The translations under genes and the position numbers were made by a program. A stretch of 45,125 nucleotides of DNA from a bacterium (lineage in GTDB: Bacteria > Vulcanimicrobiota > Xenobia > Xenobiales > Xenobiaceae), in NCBI GenBank assembly GCA_017444165.1, contig JAFSXH010000154.1, positions 1 through 45,125 of the forward strand. Reading direction: 5' to 3'. Shown here one piece after another: positions 8,545 to 16,291 of the stretch; within the stretch, counting starts at the first letter, position 1, and every line of letters starts with the position of its first letter. The notes under the pieces are model-generated. The model saw only the letters and a program-made list of their open reading frames with translations, searched no databases and was not told the origin of the DNA.

Positions 8545-9121
8545 TAAACGAGAAATTTTTTTCCGCTACAGGGGAGCGATTATGGCTGTAGTGGCTTTAG
8601 TCGTCTTAATAGTGGCTTCTCCCAGCTTAAAGTCTTACTTAGCAGGTTTAATGTTGGGAATATTGGGCGAGTTGATCCGCGTTTGGGCCATTGGTTGGAC
8701 GGGCGAACACACTCGTGCTCAATCTCTGCGCGCACCGTTTTTAGTTACACAAGGTCCTTACAGTTTGGTACGCAACCCTCTGTATTTGGGCAATATTTTA
8801 AATTATTGCGGAGTGTTGCTGGCCGCAATTGGTTCTATGTCTGCGCTGGGAGCTGCTCTGCTTACTTTAAGCAGTGGTTTAATTATTTATGTGGTTTATT
8901 CTGGTTGTATCGCAGTGGAGGAGCAGTTTTTGCAAGAGCATTTTGGCGAGGCTTTCACGGCTTACAAAGATTCTGTGCCTCGTTTATGGCCCCATTGGCG
9001 AGATGTTATCAGCGGCGGGCAGTATGAATTTGCCTGGGAGCGAGTTAAATTTGAAGTCACGACCATATTTTGGTGGTTAGTGAGTTGGTCTGTTTTGCTT
9101 TACAAACTTTTGATGATCTGA
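8534..9121 (+). CDS. ICMT/PEMT-family membrane methyltransferase (LmtA-like candidate)
   Basis: Multi-TM protein of 195 aa. Motifs GPYSLVRNPLYLGNIL (the RHPxYxG-type motif) and VEEQFLQEHFGEAFTAYKDSVPR (the EE..L...FG..Y..Y motif). The start overlaps the end of lpxB. Confidence 0.75.
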   Translation: MMSNKREIFFRYRGAIMAVVALVVLIVASPSLKSYLAGLMLGILGELIRVWAIGWTGEHTRAQSLRAPFLVTQGPYSLVRNPLYLGNILNYCGVLLAAIGSMSALGAALLTLSSGLIIYVVYSGCIAVEEQFLQEHFGEAFTAYKDSVPRLWPHWRDVISGGQYEFAWERVKFEVTTIFWWLVSWSVLLYKLLMI

Positions 9122-10224
9122 GCCATACGTTCGGCTCCACCTGGAGGCCCCAGACGTTCCTTGCCAATATTAGCGCGGCGCAATCTATCTTCAGGATTGT
9201 TTATTAAGTTTGCTAAGGCTTCGATTATCTTTTCATCGTTATCTGGAGTAACAATGAGGGCTTCGCCTAAGAGTCCTTTTTGGCGGGTGCGATACCAGCG
9301 GAGATTTTGCGGATCTGCATCGTAGGCTATTACGGGTATACCCCAACCTGCCGCCTGCTCGTGAGCTGTGCCTGCCAAACCCAAAGCGACTTGGCTGTAT
9401 TTGAATACGTCAGCAATATGGCCTTTGATGAAGAATATACGCAGATTATCTTTAGTGTTATTTAATTGGAACCAGTCAGGATAATTCAGAGGTTTTAAAT
9501 TATCTGATCCCACTAATTTTTCTATTTCTATTGAGTGAGCTACGGCTACTAGGGCGCAGATCGGTCGTTCTAACTTTTGGGCAAATTTTTCGGAAAGCTG
9601 GAGAAGGCGGGGCATAACTTCATAAGTAGCTTGACGACTGCCTGGAAAGAGAGCTAGACCGATCTCGCCTGTTTTGAGCGTGAAGTTAATGTTTTGAGGT
9701 ATGAGGCCATCCATCATGGCGTTACCTACCCAAAGGGCTTTTACACCTTTTTGGCGCAAATCCTGAGCTGTGAGCTCATCACGAACTAGAGAGCGTACTT
9801 TTCCAAAACGCAAAATTAGTGATTCTAGATAAGAATAGGCGTGGTGATAATTAGATTTAGCCGTACCAATAAAAATGATAGGTCTAATTCCTGAAATAAT
9901 GCTGAGTACAACTGGCCAAAGATCGCCCACCGCCACAATTTTTGTATATTCATTTCTATTAGAACGCAACCAAAAGATCTGTTTTAAAATTAGTCCCAAG
10001 AGTCCATTTTGTAAATCTTGCCAAAAATTATTTAAGTTCTCTTTTATGAGACCACCACTAGGCATAACTTGACGGGGGCCGCAAAGTGGGGCTAGATCTC
10101 TGTAGGCCTCACCTTGGCCTACTAGTGGCATAACTTCGAGATCTACATCTTGTAAGTTACGAATTATCTGAGCGGCGATGGCATCTTCTCCCGCACCATT
10201 AGAAATAAATAAAATTTTGGACAT
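9100..10224 (-). CDS. LpxB-related glycosyltransferase (lipid-A-disaccharide synthase-related protein)
   Basis: ILFISNGAGEDAIA N-terminus and LFPGSRQATYEV (the same PGSR motif as LpxB). Length 374 aa. It resembles the stand-alone LpxB-related family I know from cyanobacteria. Confidence 0.7.
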   Translation of the reverse strand: MSKILFISNGAGEDAIAAQIIRNLQDVDLEVMPLVGQGEAYRDLAPLCGPRQVMPSGGLIKENLNNFWQDLQNGLLGLILKQIFWLRSNRNEYTKIVAVGDLWPVVLSIISGIRPIIFIGTAKSNYHHAYSYLESLILRFGKVRSLVRDELTAQDLRQKGVKALWVGNAMMDGLIPQNINFTLKTGEIGLALFPGSRQATYEVMPRLLQLSEKFAQKLERPICALVAVAHSIEIEKLVGSDNLKPLNYPDWFQLNNTKDNLRIFFIKGHIADVFKYSQVALGLAGTAHEQAAGWGIPVIAYDADPQNLRWYRTRQKGLLGEALIVTPDNDEKIIEALANLINNPEDRLRRANIGKERLGPPGGAERMAQIIKSL

Positions 10225-10230
10225 AATTTT

Positions 10231-10983
10231 CTAAACCTTAATTAATCGATGGGTGCTCCTCTCTGGATTATCAAAATCATAATCTAAAAGACCCACATAC
10301 TGACCATAACAACCAGTTTGTGTGATATATACCCCTTCTTTTTGGATAGGTTCTGATAAAGCTGTGTGGCTGTGTCCCCCTAAGATCCAAGTTCCTTTAG
10401 GCAGGCGAGGGGCTAACTCTAGATCTCGCTCTAAACCTAAATGGCTTAGGATCAGTATATTTTTGTTTTGGATAAATATCTTTTGTGCTAGTTTAGCTGT
10501 AGTTTCTATTGGATCGAAAAAACGAAATTTAAATATTTTCTCCCAAAAACAGTTATGACGATACTGTACGGGAGTAACTCCGATCAGCGTTAAATTTTCC
10601 ACGTTGATCGCCGCTGTCCAGCGTTTACGGATCTTGTTCTCTCGCCAATCTTGATAAGCGCGATCCACCAAGTTGGTACTGTCATCATTAGGGCATTCAT
10701 TCAGATCTGAGAGATTGCTACAGAGGAGGGGAAAATTTCTCTCTTCTGAGCGTATGTCCAGGACGCGTCGTTGGTAATTAAATTCGCGATTGCCCATAGC
10801 CATAGCTCGGCAACGGAGCTTATTCATTTTGTGTAAAATTGGCTCAGAACGGCGATAAATTGTGTTAGATCCTGCTAGAGCATCTCCACTGTCAACATAA
10901 ATATCTTTATCGGTTATGCTCCTAGTTAGCCAGAGAAGAGCCTCGTTGCAATTGTGCATATCATTAGTGTGATAGATCTGCAT
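10231..10983 (-). CDS. Calcineurin-like metallophosphoesterase, LpxH-sized, with a GNRE motif (candidate UDP-2,3-diacylglucosamine hydrolase)
   Basis: Motifs D8-x-H10 (HTNDMHN), G33-D34 (DSGDALAG), G64-N65-R66-E67 (MGNREFNY), LSH and GGHSH. Length 250 aa. It lies 6 nt upstream of the LpxB-related gene. Confidence 0.75.
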   Translation of the reverse strand: MQIYHTNDMHNCNEALLWLTRSITDKDIYVDSGDALAGSNTIYRRSEPILHKMNKLRCRAMAMGNREFNYQRRVLDIRSEERNFPLLCSNLSDLNECPNDDSTNLVDRAYQDWRENKIRKRWTAAINVENLTLIGVTPVQYRHNCFWEKIFKFRFFDPIETTAKLAQKIFIQNKNILILSHLGLERDLELAPRLPKGTWILGGHSHTALSEPIQKEGVYITQTGCYGQYVGLLDYDFDNPERSTHRLIKV

Positions 10984-10985
10984 AT

Positions 10986-11495
10986 TTATTTTGATTTAAC
11001 CGTCTGGGGAAGATCTTTAGCGATGGAGGGGAAGACGACTGAGGCGTAACCGATTAGCCAGAAAATACCAGCTACTAAAGGTGAACCTATCATGCAACCG
11101 ACTATTAAACCGATAATGCCTATACCCAAACTGGAGAGCATGATGCGCGGTTCTAAGAATATGGAGTAACCGAAAGAACCACCCAATATAGCTCCCACAA
11201 AACCGAAGGCCAACCCTTTGTTAAAGTCGGCAGTGTTAGTCGCCAGAGCCATACTAACTTTGGCTGCCTGCACTAAAGGTGAAGTGGAGTGACCAACATC
11301 AATGACGGAGTTAGCTCCCCACAAAAAACTCATAACCAAACCTAAAAAGGCAAAACCCATTATGGCCAGACGCTTTTGAGCTCCATCATCTTCAGGAGTT
11401 TCTGCGGAATTGTTAGCTACGTCGGTCGCCTCTTTTTGAGGAGCGGGATTGGCCTTTGCTAAACTCTTTTTTTTCTTATTACTGTTATTTGACAT
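10986..11495 (-). CDS. Small integral membrane protein with Gly-zipper-rich TM segments; function unknown
   Basis: Lys-rich cytoplasmic N-terminus followed by about four hydrophobic, Gly-rich segments (GFVGAILGGSFGY, GIGIIGLIVGCMIG). It sits between its operon neighbours with gaps of only 1-2 nt. Confidence 0.65.
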   Translation of the reverse strand: MSNNSNKKKKSLAKANPAPQKEATDVANNSAETPEDDGAQKRLAIMGFAFLGLVMSFLWGANSVIDVGHSTSPLVQAAKVSMALATNTADFNKGLAFGFVGAILGGSFGYSIFLEPRIMLSSLGIGIIGLIVGCMIGSPLVAGIFWLIGYASVVFPSIAKDLPQTVKSK

Positions 11496-11496
11496 A

Positions 11497-12456
11497 CTAT
11501 TCAGCCTTTTTTCTTATCTTTTGCCAATACTTTAAGGGAAGAGAACGCTGGGCAATCTTGCGCATATAAGCTTTGTGCATGATCGCGGGTTCCCCCGACC
11601 AGGTATTTTGACCAGCGGGAATATCCCCTTCCACAAGACTGCGGGCCGCTACTGTCGCAAAATCGCCAACTTTGGCCTCAGGTTGGAGCAAATTCTGTCC
11701 TGCCACTATGGATAGATTACCTGTTTGCGAATTCTCCCGCAGACAGGCTTGAGAGATCACTATAGCCAGAGGAGCAATATTTACGCCCTCTTTTATATTT
11801 ATGAGGTTATCTAAACGAGCTCCCGTACCTATTTGACAAGTATCGATCTGACAGCGTGCCCCGATCTCTACGTTGTCTCCTATTGTTGTCTTCGGTCCTA
11901 TATTAGTTAGAGCTCCTATTAAACATTTACGTCCTATTTGACAATCTTTTTTGATGTGTGCTCCAGCCAGAAGGCGGGTCTCCGCTCCTATGTGGCTGTT
12001 AGAGCCTACTTGAGCGTGGGCGTGTATTTCACAATGATCGCCAATATGAGCATCCTTCTCTATAATGGCATAAGGGCCGATGTAAGCGGTAGGTGAGATT
12101 GCAGCTGTAGGATCGACTATCGCCCGAGGATGAATCTGGGCTTCATAACGACGGCGGGGATAGAAGAGATCTAACAGTTGAGCAAAGGCCACGCGGGGAT
12201 TATCAACTGAGATCGTGGGAAATGTTTGTTCTATCTCTGTCAATTTATTAGAGATGACTATGGCAACAAAACCCAATTCTTTAGCTTTTTGATAAACTTC
12301 CAAATTGTCGGCAAAGGTTATAGTGTTGCTCAAATTGTGTCCGCAATTGACGGCATCTATACCAGTAATATCAGAGATCTCTAAATCATTAAACTCTTCG
12401 TTGAGGAGTTTACCAGAGATGTATTTGGCTAAGTCTTGTAATCTTTTTACCACCAT
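11497..12456 (-). CDS. LpxD paralog with the LpxD N-terminal domain and hexapeptide helix but a non-canonical active site
   Basis: The N-terminus aligns by eye with the E. coli LpxD uridine-binding domain (RLQDLAKYI, ITGID, ITFA, VDNPRVAFAQLLDLF). Hexapeptide repeats follow. There is no GFGY loop, and NIKEGVNIA sits where LpxD has QIAHNVVIG. Confidence 0.7.
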   Translation of the reverse strand: MVVKRLQDLAKYISGKLLNEEFNDLEISDITGIDAVNCGHNLSNTITFADNLEVYQKAKELGFVAIVISNKLTEIEQTFPTISVDNPRVAFAQLLDLFYPRRRYEAQIHPRAIVDPTAAISPTAYIGPYAIIEKDAHIGDHCEIHAHAQVGSNSHIGAETRLLAGAHIKKDCQIGRKCLIGALTNIGPKTTIGDNVEIGARCQIDTCQIGTGARLDNLINIKEGVNIAPLAIVISQACLRENSQTGNLSIVAGQNLLQPEAKVGDFATVAARSLVEGDIPAGQNTWSGEPAIMHKAYMRKIAQRSLPLKYWQKIRKKAE

Positions 12457-13769
12457 AATTGAGGATAATCACTCCAATTTTCTGTTGAATCGATAGTAGC
12501 TTCTTCAAAAATTAAATTTTTGGCCGCTAGAGGTACGGTTAAGGTACGTCCGTGCAAAAGCTGGTTGCGTCCTAAGCCGATAAGATCTTTACCTAATATG
12601 TCTTCGTATTTACCTCTGACTATGAACTGGGGAATACGACATATTGGCCGGCCATTTTTAAGAATAAAAGCTGTCTCAGCGCGACGGGCAAACTCACCTT
12701 TGTGCTTTAAATGAGGAGGCAGAGGGGTCAAGCGATCTAAGAAAACTCCGTAACCGACCTTTTCGCAGAGATCTCCAATTGAATATGGGCCTGCTTTGAG
12801 AGAAAGATTTGAGTAGCCAGGGTGAGGAGGAGCCCCCCAAGGACGAACAGCCAGACAAGAAGGGGGTAAATTGTTTAACTTGGCTGCACTCAAGTCGTAA
12901 AAACGATTTGATAATCTTCCATCTTCAATAATTGTCACTGGAACTTTGTTAAGTCCTTCGCCATCGAAAGGAACAGTTCCAAAACCTCCTGGTATTGTGC
13001 CATTGTCTTTGATAGTTATCTCTGGTGAGAGCCACTGTAATCCTTGAAGAGCTTCAGGTGGACAGGCAGAGTTTATGCGGAGTACGTCCATGGCGAAATC
13101 TTCTAAAAGTGAACCGCAAGCGTAATTGCTAAAAACTACGGGCAAAATGTAATTTTCTGGCCAGGCGATCTCTTCAGAAAGTATCGATCTCCAGGCTAAC
13201 AGGCAGAGCAACTCTGAGGGTGAGTGGTTGAGTGATGTTGAGTAGATATTAGCTCCCACAGGTATATCGTCACGAGAATTTAAAGAGAGCAGATGCAAAA
13301 CACGGTTGGCCGATCTCTGGCCCGCCCTGATCGTCAACTTCATTGTGTGTTGCAAGATACGGGCACTTATAGAGAAGCGTTTTTTAGGCAACATTGAAGG
13401 CAACATGAAATCTAACTCTTGCACGAAAGATTGCATTTTGTTTATAGATTCTTCTAATTGGCGGTTCATCTCTTCGCGTGTGCTGGTGTAAGGAGAAGAT
13501 ATGAAGCCTTTTTGTGAAAAAGAACCACTGGGGCCGGAACTTGCACTTTTTATGGCTAAAGTGAGGATCTCATCCTCAGACATTTCACCTTCAGACCAAG
13601 CGTACCCCAACTTGCCATCGATGTTGACTCTCAGACCAATACCCGAACGAAATCTCTGCTCTTCTGGTTTGGCTAAGTTTACCTCAGTATAAACTTCCTC
13701 ATCTATTTCCGCATCTCTGCATATGCCCAGAGTGCGCACGAGCAATTTACTAGCGTAACTGACCATCAC
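12447..13769 (-). CDS. TldD/PmbA-family protein (PmbA/TldE-like; no HExxxH)
   Basis: Motifs GKLGYAWSEG, FDGEGLNKVPVTIIEDGRL, GYGVFLDRL and GEFARRAETAFILKNG are typical of the family. Length 440 aa. No HExxxH motif is present. It overlaps both neighbouring genes. Confidence 0.7.
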   Translation of the reverse strand: MMVSYASKLLVRTLGICRDAEIDEEVYTEVNLAKPEEQRFRSGIGLRVNIDGKLGYAWSEGEMSEDEILTLAIKSASSGPSGSFSQKGFISSPYTSTREEMNRQLEESINKMQSFVQELDFMLPSMLPKKRFSISARILQHTMKLTIRAGQRSANRVLHLLSLNSRDDIPVGANIYSTSLNHSPSELLCLLAWRSILSEEIAWPENYILPVVFSNYACGSLLEDFAMDVLRINSACPPEALQGLQWLSPEITIKDNGTIPGGFGTVPFDGEGLNKVPVTIIEDGRLSNRFYDLSAAKLNNLPPSCLAVRPWGAPPHPGYSNLSLKAGPYSIGDLCEKVGYGVFLDRLTPLPPHLKHKGEFARRAETAFILKNGRPICRIPQFIVRGKYEDILGKDLIGLGRNQLLHGRTLTVPLAAKNLIFEEATIDSTENWSDYPQLWW

Positions 13770-14428
13770 TTTTCCTCAGGAGGAGAGATAACTAAAATTT
13801 GCAGAGGTATAAAATCGAACTTTCCTGCAGGGCAACAAGTATTTACATCATGTTCTGCTAAAGAAAACCCGTCTTGTAAATGGACTATCCAAGTATCTTC
13901 TAAATGGATATGCTTATGATAGACAAAGCCATTAATAGAGGCCCATTGTCTAAAAACTTTACGAGCAAATTCGCTGGAAGCTTTGACGGCTATAGTATCT
14001 AATCCCTGGCTTTCAGCTATACTTTGTAAACTCTCCAGTGCCAGAGAAGCTTCTCCTTTTTTAGCCTCAGAGAGATCCAAACCTGGATAGTTATTAAATT
14101 TGATCCTACTCCTAGTTTTTTTATAAACTCCTTGTAAAATAGCCTTTTGTAACTTTGGGTTAGATTGAGAATCGGCTTCTCTAGCTGATGGTAACACTTT
14201 ATAATCTTGCAAAATAACCGTAGATTCTGAATCTAGGTAGCGGCGCAAAGTTCCCTGCAGACCTTTAACCATAAAAGCCACAGGTATACCAGGTGCAAAT
14301 CTTTCCAGAGATACGTTCAACTGGCGACTATTTTTATCATAATCATGAGCCACAAAACGCAACCCTTCACCTGCAAAAGTATTTTGCAGTTTGTCTATGA
14401 TCTCTGTAACAGTGTATACGGGATTCAT
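13766..14428 (-). CDS. Hypothetical cytoplasmic protein
   Basis: A 220-aa ORF overlapping the downstream PmbA-like gene by 4 nt. It has no signal peptide, and I recognise no family. Confidence 0.55.
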   Translation of the reverse strand: MNPVYTVTEIIDKLQNTFAGEGLRFVAHDYDKNSRQLNVSLERFAPGIPVAFMVKGLQGTLRRYLDSESTVILQDYKVLPSAREADSQSNPKLQKAILQGVYKKTRSRIKFNNYPGLDLSEAKKGEASLALESLQSIAESQGLDTIAVKASSEFARKVFRQWASINGFVYHKHIHLEDTWIVHLQDGFSLAEHDVNTCCPAGKFDFIPLQILVISPPEEK

Positions 14429-14435
14429 TTACAGT

Positions 14436-15503
14436 TTACTTGTACTCTTCTTTTACAAAAGCTGTACCAGGATCAACCCTAGCAATTTTGTAAAATTCAT
14501 TCCACTCGTTTTCAAGTTTTTTAACTTTCTCTTTAGATACTTCTTTTTTCTTAAATTCTTCTTGAGCCTGTTTTTGGGCTTCGCTCAACAATTTTCCTCT
14601 AGCTGGATTCCAGAACTTAGCTCTAGCTACAGGATCATAGATGTTTTCTGAGTTGCGCAATCTTCCTAATTTCCTGTAAACGGTGTAACCTTTATCCAAA
14701 TAGAAGAGCGATTTGCTGGAAAGTGGATTCCACTTATATGATTGCCAAAGATAAGTTTCTGCGTAATCGAAATAATGTTCTGCAGAGTAATTGTTATCCG
14801 CCTGTCTTCCCAATGATATCTGATTGTAATAATATATACCAACCTGTAATTGAGCTTTTCCACTGGAGAAAAGATATTCAGAATAGATATATACACAACT
14901 CAACGTAATTAAAGTTAAAGGCAGAATGATGAAAACAAATATATTGAAGATACGCATGGGCCAAGTGGCGTTGGTCCAAAGCTTCTCTTTTCTGCTCTTA
15001 CCTACAGATATTCTCTCTTTGGCTGTGTAGTAATCTTGTTTAATAGTGGCCGCAGTTTTAGAAGCTAGAGCGCGAATTTTGGGAGTAAATTTGCCAGAAG
15101 AGGAAATTTTGTAACATATGTCTATGGCGACTTCTGCAAAACCTGCATGACCCAATTCCTCCGCCGTCATAAGCCAATCTTCCGGGTCTGTTTCCTCCAC
15201 ACTTCTGACGCAATTGCCGAAGCGAATGCTGTCATCAACCTCTAGAGCCTTGACAAATTGTATGGCCGCTTTCTCAGGTTCCCCCATAGCTACCGCACAT
15301 ATTCCTAAACCGAAAAGAGCATTAATATCATTGGGAAATCTCTTTAGACTATTTAAGAGATCAAAATTCAATTCGTTAAAACGTTGCTCTTTAAATAACT
15401 GTAACTGTTCATCTGTAAATATCTCTGACAAAGACGCAGTTGTTTTGTCAACTACGGGAGGTTGTACCTGTATAGTATTTTGGGGAGGAAGGTTGAGGCT
15501 CAA
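14436..15503 (-). CDS. Membrane protein with a TPR-like N-terminal region and a Lys/Glu-rich C-terminus
   Basis: A 355-aa ORF and the first gene of the minus-strand operon. TPR-like helices (ALFGLGICAVAMGEPEKAAIQFVKALEVD) and one clear TM segment (IFNIFVFIILPLTLITLSCVYIY). Confidence 0.55.
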   Translation of the reverse strand: MSLNLPPQNTIQVQPPVVDKTTASLSEIFTDEQLQLFKEQRFNELNFDLLNSLKRFPNDINALFGLGICAVAMGEPEKAAIQFVKALEVDDSIRFGNCVRSVEETDPEDWLMTAEELGHAGFAEVAIDICYKISSSGKFTPKIRALASKTAATIKQDYYTAKERISVGKSRKEKLWTNATWPMRIFNIFVFIILPLTLITLSCVYIYSEYLFSSGKAQLQVGIYYYNQISLGRQADNNYSAEHYFDYAETYLWQSYKWNPLSSKSLFYLDKGYTVYRKLGRLRNSENIYDPVARAKFWNPARGKLLSEAQKQAQEEFKKKEVSKEKVKKLENEWNEFYKIARVDPGTAFVKEEYK

Positions 15504-15611
15504 TTTTTATTCGCTCCAGGTAAAATGGAAAGCACCCGCTTTGACATTAGATAGTTATACCCTTCTTAGCTGAAATAGAGGAAAACTAAGCACTCTTAAA
15601 AATAAAAAATC

Positions 15612-16286
15612 ATGTGCGTATCGTTCAGAAAATGTTGGGAATTGTCAAAAATTTTAGGATTAATATTTATCTTTTTGTCCTTAGAAGGATGTCCCCAGAT
15701 AAAAGATGACAAGACAAAAATGGAAGAGCAAGAGAGGGCAGAAAAAGAGAGAGTTTCTGTAGAGAGTGATTCCACTAGAGTGGAAGATAAGATTAATGAT
15801 GTTGTCACTAAAGTTGAAGAAGTTAAAGACTCTCTTCAAAGCAATTACGGAAAACAGGAAGTAAATTCTCTTTCTCTCAGTGCCAAAGGGGACACTCCCT
15901 GGGACTTAAAAGCGGACAAAATTGATTATGATGACAATTCTAAACGAGCCAGGGCTTCAAAAATAGTTTGGAATTTATTGGATAAAGATGGTAATTCGCT
16001 TTTAGAACTTAGCGGCGATGCAGCTGTAGTCAACGTGCCTACCCAGGGAATAGCTTTCGAAGGGCCAGTGCAGGCAAAGGGAGCGCACGGAGAGGAAATT
16101 ACCTGTCAAAAACTAGTTTGGGATAGTAAAAATCGCCAATTGCATGGCTCTAACGGTGTAAGAGTCGTCAGAGAAGGCTCAATTATGACAGGAAGAGAGA
16201 TGATCGCCTCTCCAGATCTCAAACGCGTGGAAGTCAAGGGGGATGTGCGTGTTTCTTTTACGGCTAATCCTCTGAAAAGTGAGTAA
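15612..16286 (+). CDS. LptC/LptA-like (OstA-fold) LPS transport protein
   Basis: N-terminal hydrophobic anchor or lipobox-like LSLEGC. Beta-rich C-terminal part (LKADKIDYD, LSGDAAVV, VWDSKNRQLHGSNGVRV, VEVKGDVRV). Located immediately upstream of lptB. Confidence 0.55.
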   Translation: MCVSFRKCWELSKILGLIFIFLSLEGCPQIKDDKTKMEEQERAEKERVSVESDSTRVEDKINDVVTKVEEVKDSLQSNYGKQEVNSLSLSAKGDTPWDLKADKIDYDDNSKRARASKIVWNLLDKDGNSLLELSGDAAVVNVPTQGIAFEGPVQAKGAHGEEITCQKLVWDSKNRQLHGSNGVRVVREGSIMTGREMIASPDLKRVEVKGDVRVSFTANPLKSE

Positions 16287-16291
16287 TATTT

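Noticed and set aside
8683-9080. Alternative-frame plus-strand ORFs (8683..9027 and 8889..9080) inside the ICMT-family gene.
   Set aside because: The 8534..9121 frame gives clear ICMT/PEMT motifs and TM segments. The alternative frames give Arg/Cys/Ser-rich products typical of off-frame translation.
10231-10983. The metallophosphoesterase considered as an ordinary UshA-type 5'-nucleotidase.
   Set aside because: The HTNDxH start is 5'-nucleotidase-like. However, the protein is only 250 aa with no C-terminal nucleotide-binding domain and no signal peptide, it has GNRE instead of GNHE, and it sits inside an lpx-type operon. The 5'-nucleotidase call is not fully excluded without profile searches.
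15541-15546. A perfect TTGACA in the divergent region upstream of the lptC-like gene, considered as a -35 element.
   Set aside because: No acceptable -10 hexamer lies at 16-18 nt spacing (tcttag at 17 nt), so I could not support a promoter call.
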